Notes under the pieces: generated by a model
Told to the model about the DNA's origin: nothing
The model's database searches: none
The model's input: only the letters and a program-made list of their open reading frames with translations
Translations under genes and position numbers: made by a program
Shown: positions 63,473-64,000 of the stretch, piece after piece
Numbering within the stretch: the stretch's first letter is position 1
Layout: the number at the start of each line of letters is the position of its first letter
Assembly: GCA_965662395.1 (NCBI GenBank)
Contig: CBFIIM010000001.1
Span: forward strand, 9,596 to 73,595
DNA length: 64,000 bases
Source of the DNA: Spiribacter sp.
Lineage (GTDB): Bacteria > Pseudomonadota > Gammaproteobacteria > Nitrococcales > Nitrococcaceae
Reading direction: 5' to 3'

Positions 63473-63784
63473 ATGGCACAAAAAACGATGGTACCAATGG
63501 CCGTCAAACGGGAGCTGCGGCATATCGGCGATCGTATCCGAGCGGCACGGCTTGCCCGCAATCTGCCCATGCAATTGGTTGCCGAGCGTGCGATGACCAC
63601 CCGACAGACTGTTGGCCGCATCGAATCCGGTGACTCACGCGTGGCCCTGGGGACGGTGCTGTCTGTACTCAACGCCCTTGGCCTTTTGGATCACGCCAAA
63701 CACATCGCCAACCCCCAAGAAGATCCGGTCGCACAGATAAAAGCCGCCGAGCTTCATATGCGACGAGCAAGAGCACGGCTATGA
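63473..63784 (+). CDS. XRE-family HTH regulator, probable HipB-like antitoxin
   Basis: IGDRIRAARLARNL...VAERA..TRQTVGRIESG; AGAGG RBS; ATGA overlap with the next gene. Confidence 0.85.
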   Translation: MAQKTMVPMAVKRELRHIGDRIRAARLARNLPMQLVAERAMTTRQTVGRIESGDSRVALGTVLSVLNALGLLDHAKHIANPQEDPVAQIKAAELHMRRARARL

Positions 63785-64000
63785 GCTCTCTTATCGAAGT
63801 CTGGCTCGACTGGGTCGATGAATTAACGCTGCTCGGGCATTTGCGACGCATTCCCAACCGGAGTGGCGAGACTGCCTCATTTACCTACGCGCGCAGCTGG
63901 CGCGAGCATCCCAAGGCTTTTGCGATTGATCCGGCCCTGCCGTTGAGCGAGGGTGAGTTTTACCCACAAAGCGGAGCCCTTTTTGGTGCAATTGGTGACA
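63781..64000 (+). CDS. HipA-family toxin, N-terminal part (runs off window)
   Basis: Translated by hand: MSSLIEVWLDW...ETASFTYARSW..HPKAFAIDPALPL...LFGAIGD, typical of the HipA N-terminal coupling domain. Confidence 0.8.
   Translation, partial: MSSLIEVWLDWVDELTLLGHLRRIPNRSGETASFTYARSWREHPKAFAIDPALPLSEGEFYPQSGALFGAIGD

Noticed and set aside
63376-63672. 98-aa minus-strand ORF upstream of efp
   Set aside because: It is the antisense shadow of the HTH antitoxin gene, with no recognisable motif.
1-64000. Many 60-250 aa alternative-frame and antisense ORFs (e.g. 8235-8909, 27574-28413, 33238-33918, 46334-47080, 47926-48618)
   Set aside because: They overlap well-supported genes and show no recognisable motifs. 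Such shadow ORFs are expected in GC-rich DNA.
1-64000. tRNA, rRNA, CRISPR arrays, IS elements, integrases
   Set aside because: Intergenic gaps are nearly all under 160 bp. I saw no cloverleaf, repeat-spacer pattern or transposase/integrase ORF by eye.

Overview
Gene-dense, GC-rich chromosomal segment of a gammaproteobacterium. Gene content, HiPIP and tight gene packing suggest Ectothiorhodospiraceae, possibly a streamlined Spiribacter-like halophile (inference). Most of it is core housekeeping: nrdJa/b, dnaQ-rnhA-gloB-mltD, htpG-minCDE, ilvB, msrB, serB, ffh-rpsP-rimM-trmD-rplS, gltX-cysS, lpxH, a ~20 kb minus-strand run prmB-aroC-leuCDB-asd-fimV-truA-trpFBA-accD-folC-dedD-cvpA-purF-metZ, psd and efp-epmA. 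I saw no tRNA, rRNA, CRISPR array, transposase or prophage. Points of interest: (1) a sulfide:quinone oxidoreductase / TDT channel / HiPIP cluster at the left edge; (2) an orphan pilVWX set whose only plausible start codon lies inside a strong terminator hairpin; (3) a four-gene run of LysM lytic transglycosylase, TerB-family protein, a protein resembling a phage head-morphogenesis domain and a 48-aa membrane microprotein missing from the ORF track; (4) a CxxC-less glutaredoxin-DUF3429 fusion; (5) a gltX paralogue where glnS often sits; (6) a hipBA-like module with a palindromic operator beside efp at the right edge. All family assignments come from motif recognition by eye, not database searches.
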